Positions 31,057 to 41,603 of a stretch of DNA of 64,000 nucleotides are shown here, in pieces. The notes below the pieces were generated by a model. It was not told the DNA's origin and ran no database searches. It was given only the letters and a program-made list of their open reading frames with translations. Position numbers and translations under genes: made by a program. The stretch is from positions 1 through 64,000 of IMG/VR virus record IMGVR_UViG_3300009164_005114, one strand, 5' to 3'. This DNA comes from a virus. How positions within the stretch are numbered: position 1 is the first letter of the stretch; the number at the start of each line of letters is the position of its first letter.

Positions 31057-32808
31057 ATGGAAATAAGTTTGGAGTCAAAGGCATTGACGATTCTTGAAAC
31101 ATATGAAGGTGGTAATAATTACATGTTAGAGTTAAAACGTAAGTCACAACTTAACAAAAAATTTTACCCAACAAGAAGTCAATCAGAGTATATTATTAAC
31201 TTCCACGACAAGCAACCAAAGGTTGCCAAGAAGTGGGTGATTCTTGACGCCTACTTTGCACAAAAATTAGCTGACGATAAATTATATACCGAAATACCTC
31301 AAAAAGTTTGGGTTGAAAAATTATTAGCAGATAAAGAAAAGGCTTACCACATTTGGGGTAAAGTTTTTGAAAAAGAAGAATTACATGATTTTTGGTTACC
31401 AAAGGCAGCAATCATTAAAGATAATTCAGTTAAAGATGTTGTGATTGATTATTCCAAATATTCTCACCGTCCTCCATTAGAACATCAAAAAGAAGCAATT
31501 CAAAAATTAGTTGAAAATAAAAAGTTTATCTTGGCTGATGACATGGGTCTTGGTAAAACAACCTCAACAATCATTGCAGCATTAGAATCAGGTTCTAAAA
31601 AAGTTTTAATCATTTGTCCCGCTACTTTAAAAATTAACTGGAAACGTGAGATTGAAAATTATTCAGACAAATCAATCTACATTGCGGAAAGTAAAAACTT
31701 TAGTACTGAGGCGGATTTTGTAATTATAAACTACGACATAATAAAAAATTTCCATGACCCTAAAAAGAAAGATGAATCTCAAGTTCTTGCTGCCAATTTT
31801 GATTTGGTTATTATTGACGAAGCACACTATATCAAAAATGCTACGGCGCAAAGGACGAAACTAATTAACGATATCGTTAAAAAAACTGACAGATTGTGGT
31901 TATTGACAGGTACCCCAATGACATCACGACCAATTGATTATTTCAACTTATTAAGTTTGATTGATTCCCCTGTTGCAAAGAATTGGATGGCATATGCTAT
32001 CAGATATTGTCAAGGATATCAATTTAATGTTGGCGGAAGAAAAGTTTGGAATGTGACGGGTGCATCAAATTTAGAGGAATTAAGAGACCGAACTGTAGGA
32101 TTAACATTAAGAAGATTAAAAGAAAATGTTCTTGACCTACCCGATAAAATTATTACCCCTGTATATCTTAGATTAAAATCTAAAGAATATGAAAATGTTA
32201 TGGGGGAATATTATGATTGGTATGATAAAAATCCTGAAGAGTCAAAATCACTAACAGTTCAATTTTCAAAACTAACAAAGGTTAGACAAATTATTGCTGA
32301 CGAGAAAATTGCTCAGACAATTGAACTTGCCGAAAACATTTTAGAACAAGACAAGAAAGTTATCATATTCTGTAATTTCACAGATTCTTTAAATAAAATT
32401 ACAGAACATTTTGGAAAACTTGCAGTTAAACTTGATGGTTCAATGTCAAAACCTGAAAGACAATACTCTGTTGACCAATTCCAAGACAACCCAAAGGTTA
32501 AAGTTTTTGTTGGTAACATTAAAGCCGCAGGTGTTGGTATTACTTTAACATCAGCAGAAGCGGTAATCATGAATGACCTTTCATTCTTACCATCAGACCA
32601 CGCACAAGCTGAAGACCGAGCATATCGCTACGGTCAAAATAACAATGTATTAGTATACTATCCAATTTTTGAAAATACGATTGAAGGTATCATTTATGAT
32701 ATATTGAACAACAAGAAACAAGTCATCGCAACAGTTATGGGTGACAACCAAAATCCTGCTGATGCAGCAGAAGAAATTCTACAAAGAATTAATCAGTTGA
32801 GATATTAA
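31057..32808 (+). CDS. SNF2-family helicase/translocase (HARP/SMARCAL1-like)
   Basis: LADDMGLGKT, IIDEAH, LTGTP, AAGVGITLT, QAEDRAYRYGQ. Confidence 0.92.
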   Translation: MEISLESKALTILETYEGGNNYMLELKRKSQLNKKFYPTRSQSEYIINFHDKQPKVAKKWVILDAYFAQKLADDKLYTEIPQKVWVEKLLADKEKAYHIWGKVFEKEELHDFWLPKAAIIKDNSVKDVVIDYSKYSHRPPLEHQKEAIQKLVENKKFILADDMGLGKTTSTIIAALESGSKKVLIICPATLKINWKREIENYSDKSIYIAESKNFSTEADFVIINYDIIKNFHDPKKKDESQVLAANFDLVIIDEAHYIKNATAQRTKLINDIVKKTDRLWLLTGTPMTSRPIDYFNLLSLIDSPVAKNWMAYAIRYCQGYQFNVGGRKVWNVTGASNLEELRDRTVGLTLRRLKENVLDLPDKIITPVYLRLKSKEYENVMGEYYDWYDKNPEESKSLTVQFSKLTKVRQIIADEKIAQTIELAENILEQDKKVIIFCNFTDSLNKITEHFGKLAVKLDGSMSKPERQYSVDQFQDNPKVKVFVGNIKAAGVGITLTSAEAVIMNDLSFLPSDHAQAEDRAYRYGQNNNVLVYYPIFENTIEGIIYDILNNKKQVIATVMGDNQNPADAAEEILQRINQLRY

Positions 32809-32849
32809 GCAACTACGGATTATTTATATACAACGGATAATCCAAAACT

Positions 32850-34379
32850 ATGAAAAAAACAGAAGAGAAAATCCAACAACTAGAACTACAGATACTTGAA
32901 ACCCACGTTAACAAAGAAAAAGAGTTGTTGATTACAGAAATGAAAAAAATAGGAATAGAGAAATTACCTTATTCTTATACAGCCCTCAAACAGTTTATTG
33001 ACCCAGAAACAATGAACTTTCATTATAATAAACATTATAAAGGGTACGTGGATAAACTAAACGACGCATTATCAAAGAAAAAATACGGAGATTTAGATTT
33101 AGAAAAAATAATCAAAACAATTAGTCGTTTTGATAAAAACATAAGAAATAATGCAGGTGGTGCTTTTAACCACGCATTATTTTGGAACATGTTAACTCCT
33201 GAACCCAAAAAACTTGATGGTGAACTTTACAAAAAAATCACCAAACAATGGGGGACATTCACCGCATTCAAAAAAGAATTTGAAAAACAAGCCAAAGAAA
33301 GATTTGGTTCTGGATGGGTATGGTTAGTTCTAACCTCAAAAAATACTTTAAAAATTATGTCAACTCCAAACCAAGACAATCCATTAATGAATGTGATTGA
33401 AGGGGGTGGATTTCCACTATTAGGACTAGATTTATGGGAACATGCTTATTATCTAAAATATAGAAACAAAAGAGATGAATATATCACAAACTTTTGGAAA
33501 GTAGTTAATTGGGATTTTGTAACAAAAATGTACGAAATGAAAATTGAAACAAAATTAACTGAATCAACAAAATTAAAACAATTGTTAAGTGAGGGTAAAT
33601 CTGAAATGTGTTCTCAATCAGAGAATGAATTCTATAGAATGTTATTCAATGCAAATTCCGATATAAAATGGACTTTCATGAATGGTATTAATAAAATCAT
33701 GAAAGAAGTATTCAATGAAAACTATATTGAAAAACCAGACAACGACCAATTACCTGGTGTTTATAATCTTGAGGGTCCTGGCAGGTCTGTTATTAATAAA
33801 TTAAACACAAACTACACATCTTTTTGTATCTTATTAAAAGATTTAAATAATGTTATTGCAACAATTCCTAATAAAGAACCCATTCAATTTATGGATAAAA
33901 CTCCATCACAACAAAAGAAAGAGGTTGAAAGATTTGTTAATGCATTAAACCATTTTAAGTTTAGAATCTTTGATAAAGAAAGTTCAACTTTTCAAAATTT
34001 ATTAAGAATTTTAACTGAAAAAGATAAAGCAGGAAGTAAAAGAGAAGAAATCACGGCATCAATACTTAAGAGGTTTTTTGGTAAAACCGCTAAGGTTGAG
34101 GTGGTTGGAGAACTTGGTAATAAAAAAGACGCAATACAAGGTGTGGATTTAGAAGTTTTTAAAGATGGACAATTATATACCGCTCAGATTAAACCGTTTA
34201 GAAATATGATTGAAACTGAGGATGGTATTGTTTTAGAAGGTACCGCAAGTGTTAAGTTATACAAAACAGATTGGATGGTTTTCCAAAAAGGAAAAAATGT
34301 TTTAGTGTTCAATCAAAAACCAAAAATTGTAGGTGGTAATTTTGTTTTTCCAAAAGATTCACTGCTCTACAGTATTTAA
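32850..34379 (+). CDS. Mn/Fe superoxide dismutase fused to a C-terminal domain (PD-(D/E)xK-like)
   Basis: HYNKH, NNAGGAFNHALFW, FGSGW, NQDNP, DLWEHAYY, plus about 280 extra residues. Confidence 0.88.
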   Translation: MKKTEEKIQQLELQILETHVNKEKELLITEMKKIGIEKLPYSYTALKQFIDPETMNFHYNKHYKGYVDKLNDALSKKKYGDLDLEKIIKTISRFDKNIRNNAGGAFNHALFWNMLTPEPKKLDGELYKKITKQWGTFTAFKKEFEKQAKERFGSGWVWLVLTSKNTLKIMSTPNQDNPLMNVIEGGGFPLLGLDLWEHAYYLKYRNKRDEYITNFWKVVNWDFVTKMYEMKIETKLTESTKLKQLLSEGKSEMCSQSENEFYRMLFNANSDIKWTFMNGINKIMKEVFNENYIEKPDNDQLPGVYNLEGPGRSVINKLNTNYTSFCILLKDLNNVIATIPNKEPIQFMDKTPSQQKKEVERFVNALNHFKFRIFDKESSTFQNLLRILTEKDKAGSKREEITASILKRFFGKTAKVEVVGELGNKKDAIQGVDLEVFKDGQLYTAQIKPFRNMIETEDGIVLEGTASVKLYKTDWMVFQKGKNVLVFNQKPKIVGGNFVFPKDSLLYSI

Positions 34380-34406
34380 TAATAAACTAATTGATATTTA
34401 TTAGAT

Positions 34407-35519
34407 ATGGCAGTTATTCCAGAACCAGAAAGGTCAAAAATTTATACAAGAATTAAACACTTATTGGGTGCACCATTAAGAAGTGTTGAGATTGAAGATG
34501 AAATGATGGATTCTTTGATGGAACTATCTATTCAAGATTATGAACAATATGTTCTTGATTGGTTAATTGAAAGTCAGTGGGTTAACTTGGTTAACTTGAA
34601 CATGACTGAAAAGTCTGTTGCTCAAGCTTTAATTACAAGAACCATGGATTTTGAACAACAATTTGCATATTCGTATTCAAAAATTGTTGGACTTCAAACT
34701 ATGGGTCCATGGGTACTTAAAAAAGATTATTTTCTTCTTGAGCCAAACAAACAAGATTATGAAATACCTGCAGGTAGAGAGATTAATGAGTTATTATGGT
34801 TTAGTAACCAACCTTGGACTGCATTTGGTATGGGTGGAATTGGTGGTTTTGGTGGTGTTGGATTAGGTGCGAATGAAGTAGGATTTGCTCAAATGGGTTA
34901 TCAAGGTTCTTACTTTATGATGTCAGGTTTTGACTACTTGTTAAGAATGCAAGAGGCAAACATTATGAATAGAATTTTAGGTGGTTCGTTAACATATAGA
35001 ATTACTGCGTTACCTGATGGTAAAAGAAACGTACAGTTATATAACGCTCCTGGTAATCATTTTAATTGGAATAATTATAGCGGATATGTCGGTAAAGCTG
35101 TTTGGTATTGGTATTACGATGTAACTCCTGATAGTAGGGCGGATTGTTTAAAAAATAATCCTGATGTAATTAAAATGCCTAATGAAGTTCCTTTAGAAGA
35201 GTTTACTTGGACAGATTTAAATGTACCTGCACAACAATGGGTAAGAAGATGGTTTACCGCTTACGTTAAAGAAACGTTAGGTAGAGTTAGAGGGAAATAT
35301 AGTGGAAACTTAAAAACCCCTGACTCTGAAATCCAAATGGACTATACAAGTCTTTTAACTGAAGGTAAAGATGAAAAAACTAAGTTAGAAGAAGAATTAA
35401 AACTAAGACTTGAAAGACTTAGACCTGAAAAACAAATGGAAAAAGAAGCCCTTATTGCTGAAAATTTAAATAAGCAAATGAAATTCAGAGCTATGCCTCG
35501 TCAAATATATGTAATTTAA
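34407..35519 (+). CDS. Neck / head-tail adaptor protein (gp13-like)
   Basis: LGAPLRSVEI, WVRRWFTAYVKETLGRVRGKY. Confidence 0.7.
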   Translation: MAVIPEPERSKIYTRIKHLLGAPLRSVEIEDEMMDSLMELSIQDYEQYVLDWLIESQWVNLVNLNMTEKSVAQALITRTMDFEQQFAYSYSKIVGLQTMGPWVLKKDYFLLEPNKQDYEIPAGREINELLWFSNQPWTAFGMGGIGGFGGVGLGANEVGFAQMGYQGSYFMMSGFDYLLRMQEANIMNRILGGSLTYRITALPDGKRNVQLYNAPGNHFNWNNYSGYVGKAVWYWYYDVTPDSRADCLKNNPDVIKMPNEVPLEEFTWTDLNVPAQQWVRRWFTAYVKETLGRVRGKYSGNLKTPDSEIQMDYTSLLTEGKDEKTKLEEELKLRLERLRPEKQMEKEALIAENLNKQMKFRAMPRQIYVI

Positions 35520-35523
35520 CCTT

Positions 35524-35859
35524 ATGGCAATATTAAGAACAATCCCATCTACAAGATTAATTAATGGGGAAATATTAGAAACTTCAGAAATTTCAATTGT
35601 GTCTGAAAGAGAATACTCAACTAACGGTGAGGAATGTGTTATCATTAGAAATGTATTGGAGTCTACAGTTACTTTAAACTCAAAAACTACTGACCATATT
35701 GTCGTAAAGGCAATGACAAGGATAACAATCAAACCTGACACAGGCAAAATTGACGAAGACTATGATGAAATAGTTGCCGACAAATATGCCTGTATTGAGT
35801 TTAGATTTTGTGCTGGTAATTGGTATATCTTATCTTCAGACGGTCTCAAGAATTCCTAA
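35524..35859 (+). CDS. Hypothetical beta-rich protein
   Basis: 111 aa coupled to the neck gene; overlaps the polymerase 3' end by 24 bp. Confidence 0.6.
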   Translation: MAILRTIPSTRLINGEILETSEISIVSEREYSTNGEECVIIRNVLESTVTLNSKTTDHIVVKAMTRITIKPDTGKIDEDYDEIVADKYACIEFRFCAGNWYILSSDGLKNS

Positions 35860-38565
35860 CTTTTCTTTCCACCCTTCTTCAGCTAATTCGTACATATAGT
35901 CAGGGTCTAAACCTCGTTTTTTCCAATATGACATTTCAGCATCTGTAATCGCTAACACGTCCTCCAATTTATCTTGACCTGACTCGTCAAATGGTTGACC
36001 ATTTATCAATTCACATTGTGCGGTTGTAAAGATACCTCTTTTTTCAGGGTCAGTAACAATTAAACCATTTCTCACTTCATCCTTAAAACAAACTAATAAC
36101 GGCTCAATTCTTTTATTAAAAGTGGTAATTGCTCTTGGGACATTATAATCACCTGTTAAATTAGGGTCATTGTCTAAAATGTCTTTATCTAACATATAAC
36201 AATTAATTTGAACTCCATCCCCTTTCTTTTGAACATCTCCATGAGACGATTTAAGTCCATTATTAACATACATAATAACATCACCTAAACTTACGTTTAA
36301 ATTTGATTGAAGAGCTAATTCCATGTGGGCCATTCTGCTCATACTATTACCCGATTTAGTTTTTTCTGTTAAACGTTTTTTGTAATCATCCATACTTAGT
36401 TTAACTTTCGCCCTTTGAGCGATTTTACTTAACGGTATCTTTTTATCAAAAATTGTCTGTAAGTACTCATAGTAATATTCAACAAACGCCTTACCATTGC
36501 CTTCAAGTAACATTTTAACACCTTTATCCAAAAAGGCCTCAATATACAATGGAAGTTTCTTTGATTTAATACTATTACCCGTTAATTTGATTTTACCTTT
36601 GGCATCCATAACCGCATAGTTCTTACGAGCTAAGTTGATGGTAGAAGGCCATATACCATCAGTATCAAGCGCCATCTCACCTCTCATGAATATATCATTA
36701 TACTCGGCAACATCGGCTTCAGGCCCAAAATATTCTTTACCCTCTTTAACTTTCCAATTCAATCCACGACCAACATAAACTCTATCGTTTGCCTCATCAG
36801 GAGTTGAGAAGTTAACACCATCCGTATCCATTACCAACGGAACGTATCCTTTAGTCATGAAGAACTTAATCATCTGACGAAGGTATTGTCTACCTGTACA
36901 GGTAATCTGTTCACCCATATACATGTCACCCCAAGCATAAACCTGAGGAGCGGATAATGCACCAAACATCGAGTTAATGAAAATCTTAATCGGTAACTGT
37001 TTATTACCATATGATTCAGACTTCTTACGGTCAACATTATAAAACTCTTCAGCAAGTTGTTTGTATTTGATACGGGTATTACGGAAGTAACTTAACATAC
37101 CTTTCATTGCACCTGTTACATCACAGTCAGGAAATACATCATGTACTAACTGAATAGAAGGGTATAGAGATGAGAAATCGAGTTTAAGTACGTTCTTACT
37201 ATAACCAACCTTAAGTAGTCGTGAAAGACCTCCTACAAAGTCTGTCTTACCTTGTTTTTCTGGAATAGCGAGCCCATGCTTATAAGACCAAGCTAACATT
37301 AACATTTTCCATAATGTTGCAGTACCCATGGTTGAAACCCTTTCGTATGTTGTTGGAATCATCGCAGCCAACAAGAAGGAACCTTGGTTGAACTCTTGGT
37401 CCACCTTAAGGGTTTCATCTAGGTCATCGTCAAGATACATCTCTACTAACTTATCACCTTTAATCTTATTGTATACGTCAGTACGTTTATCACAAATTTC
37501 ATCAATTTTAGAATCCACACCAACTTTTTTGTAATTACCGTTTTTAGTGTTTAACCAAAAGTCTTCTTTCTTTGAGTAGAATGGACCAATATCTAAATGG
37601 TCAATATAAACACGGTCAGGGGCTTCAGCATTAATATACTGAGTAATGTATTTCAATCCCGCAGATTTAATACTTGAATTGATTGCTTGTGCTCTACGAA
37701 CAGCATGAATAATATCAATTACATTATAACCCCAAATAGAAGTTTGAGTAAATGTCTCAACCTCATTCGCAAGTTTTAACATACTATCTTTTCTTGTGAA
37801 TGAATGTTGAGGATGTAATGATTTACAAATCTTCTTAGGGTCTATCCCCAATATTTGACATCTTTCAAAAATCCAATGCCAGTCGAAATTTGCTGAGTTG
37901 TAACCACCAATAATACTTGGTTTTAATTCATTAATAACATTAAAGAATTCAATGATGGCATTCTTTTCTTCTGCCTCATCCATACACTCAATAACTCGGT
38001 GATATCCTTTATTTGTTTTAATTCCAATCATGAAGATACGACCGTCCTTTGGTTCAAGAGCAGTCGTCTCTAAGTCATATACCATTCGGGTAACTTCTTC
38101 ATAATTCTCAAATCCTTTAAATAATCTTTTTTCTTTAGAGATTAAGTATTGTTCTACAGGAGGTAAAATCATTACTTTGTCTTTTGTTTTTTCACCCCAT
38201 GGGTCACAACCACCTTCTCTAAAGAACTGAATAAGCTCTCTATATCCTTTAAGTGATTTCACCATGAAAGTCATACCTTTTTGTAACCTTTCGTTACCGT
38301 GAGTTTCCAACTTCTCAATCATAATACCATGTTTGGACATGGCTTCTTTCTGAGCTGCTTTTGAATTACCGTAAAAGTTAATACCGCGTAAATCACCTAC
38401 CCATGCAAATGGGGTAAACGTATCCTTACGGATTTCTTTTCCTTTACCAGGAATCTCTTTAATTTTGTAAATGGAGTTGGATGCGTAGTCAAATTCTATT
38501 GCTACAATAAATTCTTCGGGGTCATTCCCGTGCAAGAACGATTCAATTTCTTCGTTAGATATCAT
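35836..38565 (-). CDS. Family B DNA polymerase
   Basis: ExoI YDLET, ExoII GYNSANFD, DFSSLYPSI, KIFINSMFG, MDTDG. Confidence 0.95.
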   Translation of the reverse strand: MISNEEIESFLHGNDPEEFIVAIEFDYASNSIYKIKEIPGKGKEIRKDTFTPFAWVGDLRGINFYGNSKAAQKEAMSKHGIMIEKLETHGNERLQKGMTFMVKSLKGYRELIQFFREGGCDPWGEKTKDKVMILPPVEQYLISKEKRLFKGFENYEEVTRMVYDLETTALEPKDGRIFMIGIKTNKGYHRVIECMDEAEEKNAIIEFFNVINELKPSIIGGYNSANFDWHWIFERCQILGIDPKKICKSLHPQHSFTRKDSMLKLANEVETFTQTSIWGYNVIDIIHAVRRAQAINSSIKSAGLKYITQYINAEAPDRVYIDHLDIGPFYSKKEDFWLNTKNGNYKKVGVDSKIDEICDKRTDVYNKIKGDKLVEMYLDDDLDETLKVDQEFNQGSFLLAAMIPTTYERVSTMGTATLWKMLMLAWSYKHGLAIPEKQGKTDFVGGLSRLLKVGYSKNVLKLDFSSLYPSIQLVHDVFPDCDVTGAMKGMLSYFRNTRIKYKQLAEEFYNVDRKKSESYGNKQLPIKIFINSMFGALSAPQVYAWGDMYMGEQITCTGRQYLRQMIKFFMTKGYVPLVMDTDGVNFSTPDEANDRVYVGRGLNWKVKEGKEYFGPEADVAEYNDIFMRGEMALDTDGIWPSTINLARKNYAVMDAKGKIKLTGNSIKSKKLPLYIEAFLDKGVKMLLEGNGKAFVEYYYEYLQTIFDKKIPLSKIAQRAKVKLSMDDYKKRLTEKTKSGNSMSRMAHMELALQSNLNVSLGDVIMYVNNGLKSSHGDVQKKGDGVQINCYMLDKDILDNDPNLTGDYNVPRAITTFNKRIEPLLVCFKDEVRNGLIVTDPEKRGIFTTAQCELINGQPFDESGQDKLEDVLAITDAEMSYWKKRGLDPDYMYELAEEGWKEKLGILETV

Positions 38566-38621
38566 AAGTTATATAGTTGGTTTATTAGCTTTCACACCAT
38601 CGTGAAATTTACCTTCTATGA

Positions 38622-38652
38622 TAAATATAAAATAAAAAACTTAGTAATCAAA
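38622..38652 (-). promoter_or_regulatory. Bacteroidota-like promoter for DNA polymerase
   Basis: Minus strand TTTG-N19-TATATTTA. Confidence 0.5.
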
Positions 38653-39030
38653 TTAACAACAAGCAGTTTCTGAAATAAAACTTGGTTGAATATTAATATA
38701 TAACTCTTCTCTAATAGGTAGAATCAAATTACCTTCGTCATTCTTAATTAAAAACTGACCTACATATCGACCTGGGGTATTTGTATCCCTTGAACTAAAT
38801 TTGAAATAAATATAATATTCGGGTTCAGCACCTAAAGGTAAAATTAAATTTACTATTTCTGCAGGTGCCGACACAATTTTAGGAATTCCTGTTTCTACTT
38901 CTACCATAGTAAAAAAGATTGTTGAAACCGCCAAGTCCTCCATTAGTTGAAGATATCCTGACCTTCCGTCTTTAACTACCTGCATTTTTAATACAGGGAG
39001 TGTTGCGTTTTGTTTGATAAAGAATTCCAT
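38653..39030 (-). CDS. BppU-N-like (baseplate/fibre attachment) Ig-fold protein
   Basis: FFIKQNATLPVL...DTNTPGRYVGQF...LILP; preceded by TATTTAT. Confidence 0.55.
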   Translation of the reverse strand: MEFFIKQNATLPVLKMQVVKDGRSGYLQLMEDLAVSTIFFTMVEVETGIPKIVSAPAEIVNLILPLGAEPEYYIYFKFSSRDTNTPGRYVGQFLIKNDEGNLILPIREELYINIQPSFISETACC

Positions 39031-39046
39031 AACAATAAATATATTG

Positions 39047-40723
39047 TTATGACTCTTTTCTTAAACTTCTTTCGTAATGTTCAAACCTATCGTGTTCTGT
39101 TGGTGTCATAAGTAGTAAGCCAGGATATAAATTTCCTTCTTTAACTAACTGATACATATGACTCATCCATGTTTGTTCAAATGGGTGTGCCCAAGTTGTA
39201 TCTAAAAACATTTTCTTATTACCTGTTCTGGTCACAATTTGTGGCCAGTTACAATAATACACTTCACCCGTAACATAAGGTATACCTTGGAATGTTCTAA
39301 TAGAATCATAAACAGCTTTAGGTGCATTTGGGTCAATACCTTGTTCAGGTAATCTATTTTTACCTGGCCAATATTTTTCTCTAACCACTTGTGGTACATT
39401 ATACCAAGACCACTGAGTACCATTATCACCAAAGAACTCACTAAAGTTTAACTTTAAAAAATCAAAGTTTTCTTTTTTTGCAATTTGTAATGTTTTTGAA
39501 TATAAATTAGGAACATACCTATTAAACCCATTTCTACAAACATGACCTTCATTTGGATAGAAAAACATATCATCTTCAAAAAATAAATAAAAATCTAAAT
39601 CGGTCTTTTCTTCAAAATGTTCGGCAATCCATTGTCTTCCACCACAAATACCTAAATTATCTTTTTTAATGTGTTCAAATCCATATTCTTGACAAATTCT
39701 GGCGTAATCATCAAATGTGGATGTGTCGGTAGAATTATCCAATAAAAACTTTTTAGTTTTTATAATATAATCCTTATCATAAGCATTCATTGAATCAATT
39801 AATGTTTGAAATTGTTTTGGACTATTAAATGTGATGACATACAAACCAACTTTATTAACATCTAAACTATTTGTAGATTTGTTAACATTTTCTGATTTAG
39901 GTGTAAGGTTATTATTCTTCAAGTCCTCAAAAAATTTACCAACTAAACCGTTAGATTCAATTTCAAAATAATTTACCAAATCTGAATGTTTATAACACAT
40001 AATACTGAAAATTGATTCTTCAGTACCCATATACCCTTCATCTAAAGTTGATTTTAATAATCCATAATAAATTCCGTTAATATCACCAATAGTGTGTTTT
40101 GGACCACCAAAGAACCCACCTCTTGCGACTTTATTAACTTTGGCACCCGCAATTGAATTTAACTTATTATATTCAAATCCGTGAATTTCATTTTCCGCAT
40201 CGTAAGGAAAACAAACGAATGAAAATTTTGAAATGTATTTTGATAAATTATCCAAAACTTTATCATGAGTAAAATAACCTGGATGAACAGTATTAGTTAA
40301 ACCACCATCAATCCAAAACATATATTCTGAATCAAACTGGTCCATTATTTTTGCATCGTGTAGCAAAAATACTTTAGACATAACTAATGGATTATAATTT
40401 TCTAATCTACCTTGGGTTGATTCTTTTAACCATCCTGATAAATTAGCCCACTCATCATTGGTTCTAATTTTTTGTATTTTATCAAAGAATTCAGAATCTC
40501 TAAACCATGATAATGGTCTAACAATAAATTGAGTATTTGATTGGTCTCTTCTTTTAAAAACAAACTCTTTTAATTCTTCATCACCAAAAATTATTAAGTT
40601 TTCCTCAACTTGTAATAATTTTTCAAATTGGTCTAAATAATGTTGGTAAGGTCTTGACCAACCTTCTGATAGTTCTCCTCTACCAATGTCCCATATACCT
40701 GTTACTAATGTTATATTACTCAT
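39047..40723 (-). CDS. Two-domain glycosyltransferase: HtrL/YibB-like + GT-A
   Basis: TLVTGIWDIGR, FWIDGG, GGFFGG, GTEESI; then YVITFNS, LLDNS, FFEDD. Confidence 0.7.
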   Translation of the reverse strand: MSNITLVTGIWDIGRGELSEGWSRPYQHYLDQFEKLLQVEENLIIFGDEELKEFVFKRRDQSNTQFIVRPLSWFRDSEFFDKIQKIRTNDEWANLSGWLKESTQGRLENYNPLVMSKVFLLHDAKIMDQFDSEYMFWIDGGLTNTVHPGYFTHDKVLDNLSKYISKFSFVCFPYDAENEIHGFEYNKLNSIAGAKVNKVARGGFFGGPKHTIGDINGIYYGLLKSTLDEGYMGTEESIFSIMCYKHSDLVNYFEIESNGLVGKFFEDLKNNNLTPKSENVNKSTNSLDVNKVGLYVITFNSPKQFQTLIDSMNAYDKDYIIKTKKFLLDNSTDTSTFDDYARICQEYGFEHIKKDNLGICGGRQWIAEHFEEKTDLDFYLFFEDDMFFYPNEGHVCRNGFNRYVPNLYSKTLQIAKKENFDFLKLNFSEFFGDNGTQWSWYNVPQVVREKYWPGKNRLPEQGIDPNAPKAVYDSIRTFQGIPYVTGEVYYCNWPQIVTRTGNKKMFLDTTWAHPFEQTWMSHMYQLVKEGNLYPGLLLMTPTEHDRFEHYERSLRKES

Positions 40724-41603
40724 ATATTCTATTGAATTCTTCTAAAATTTTATAAAAACTTTTATTTAATGTGAACATTTCATCTGTCACTCCTGCGGGT
40801 GCATTATCTCTACACCACCAAATATCAAAATGTTTTCTTTCAAATAATTCTTTATGATTGAAATACATTAAAGTCATAATTGGTTCTTCATGGTGTAAGT
40901 TCTTCGCATCTATTATAGTTTTTTCAGCATAATCTTCAAATAAATTTACAATTTCATCCCACTTGTCTCTGTGACCTCCAAACAATCCACCAATAATATG
41001 AAGACTTCTATCATATTCTTTGTACCACTTAGGGTCTAAAGTTTGTGACCAAAAGTTTCTATCATTTTCTTTACCGAGTATTAAAAACTTATCACCAGTA
41101 TCCTCAATCATGTTATGTAAAAAATCATTATTAAACAAACTACATTCATAGTATCTTTGCTCTGGATGAGTACCACTTAAATATTTTACAGGAACTAATC
41201 CACAATGAGATAAACCCGCATCAATCCAATAATAATAGTCGTAAGATTTATCTTCATTCCACCACCAATGAAATTTAGAATATTGAATTTCAACACATCT
41301 ATCAGATTTTTTAGTTTGCTCAACATTTTTATATTCTTTAATTAAATGTTGGAATTTAGTTGTTGAAATATCAAAAATTTCAAACTTTAATTTCTCAGAT
41401 GATATTGAATGTGTTTCGTAAAAGAATTTTTTTAATGGTTCTATTTCTCTTTCAGACGTATAACATAAGAAATCTGCGTCGGTCATTTTTAAAAGAGATA
41501 ATAAACTATAACTATAGTGACCCCCTCTATTCATTCTACCACCGTATTCGGTGCCATACAAATCACTATAGATTGATGTGATAAATTTAACTTTAGTTGA
41601 CAT
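40716..41603 (-). CDS. HtrL/YibB-like glycosyltransferase
   Basis: SKF, YYWIDAGL, IGGLFGG, EEPIM; paralog of the neighbour's N-terminal domain. Confidence 0.6.
   Translation of the reverse strand: MSTKVKFITSIYSDLYGTEYGGRMNRGGHYSYSLLSLLKMTDADFLCYTSEREIEPLKKFFYETHSISSEKLKFEIFDISTTKFQHLIKEYKNVEQTKKSDRCVEIQYSKFHWWWNEDKSYDYYYWIDAGLSHCGLVPVKYLSGTHPEQRYYECSLFNNDFLHNMIEDTGDKFLILGKENDRNFWSQTLDPKWYKEYDRSLHIIGGLFGGHRDKWDEIVNLFEDYAEKTIIDAKNLHHEEPIMTLMYFNHKELFERKHFDIWWCRDNAPAGVTDEMFTLNKSFYKILEEFNRIYE

Noticed and set aside
1-38565. Inteins or introns in nrdA, nrdB, helicase or polB
   Set aside because: Lengths and motif spacing are normal and no splice motifs were seen
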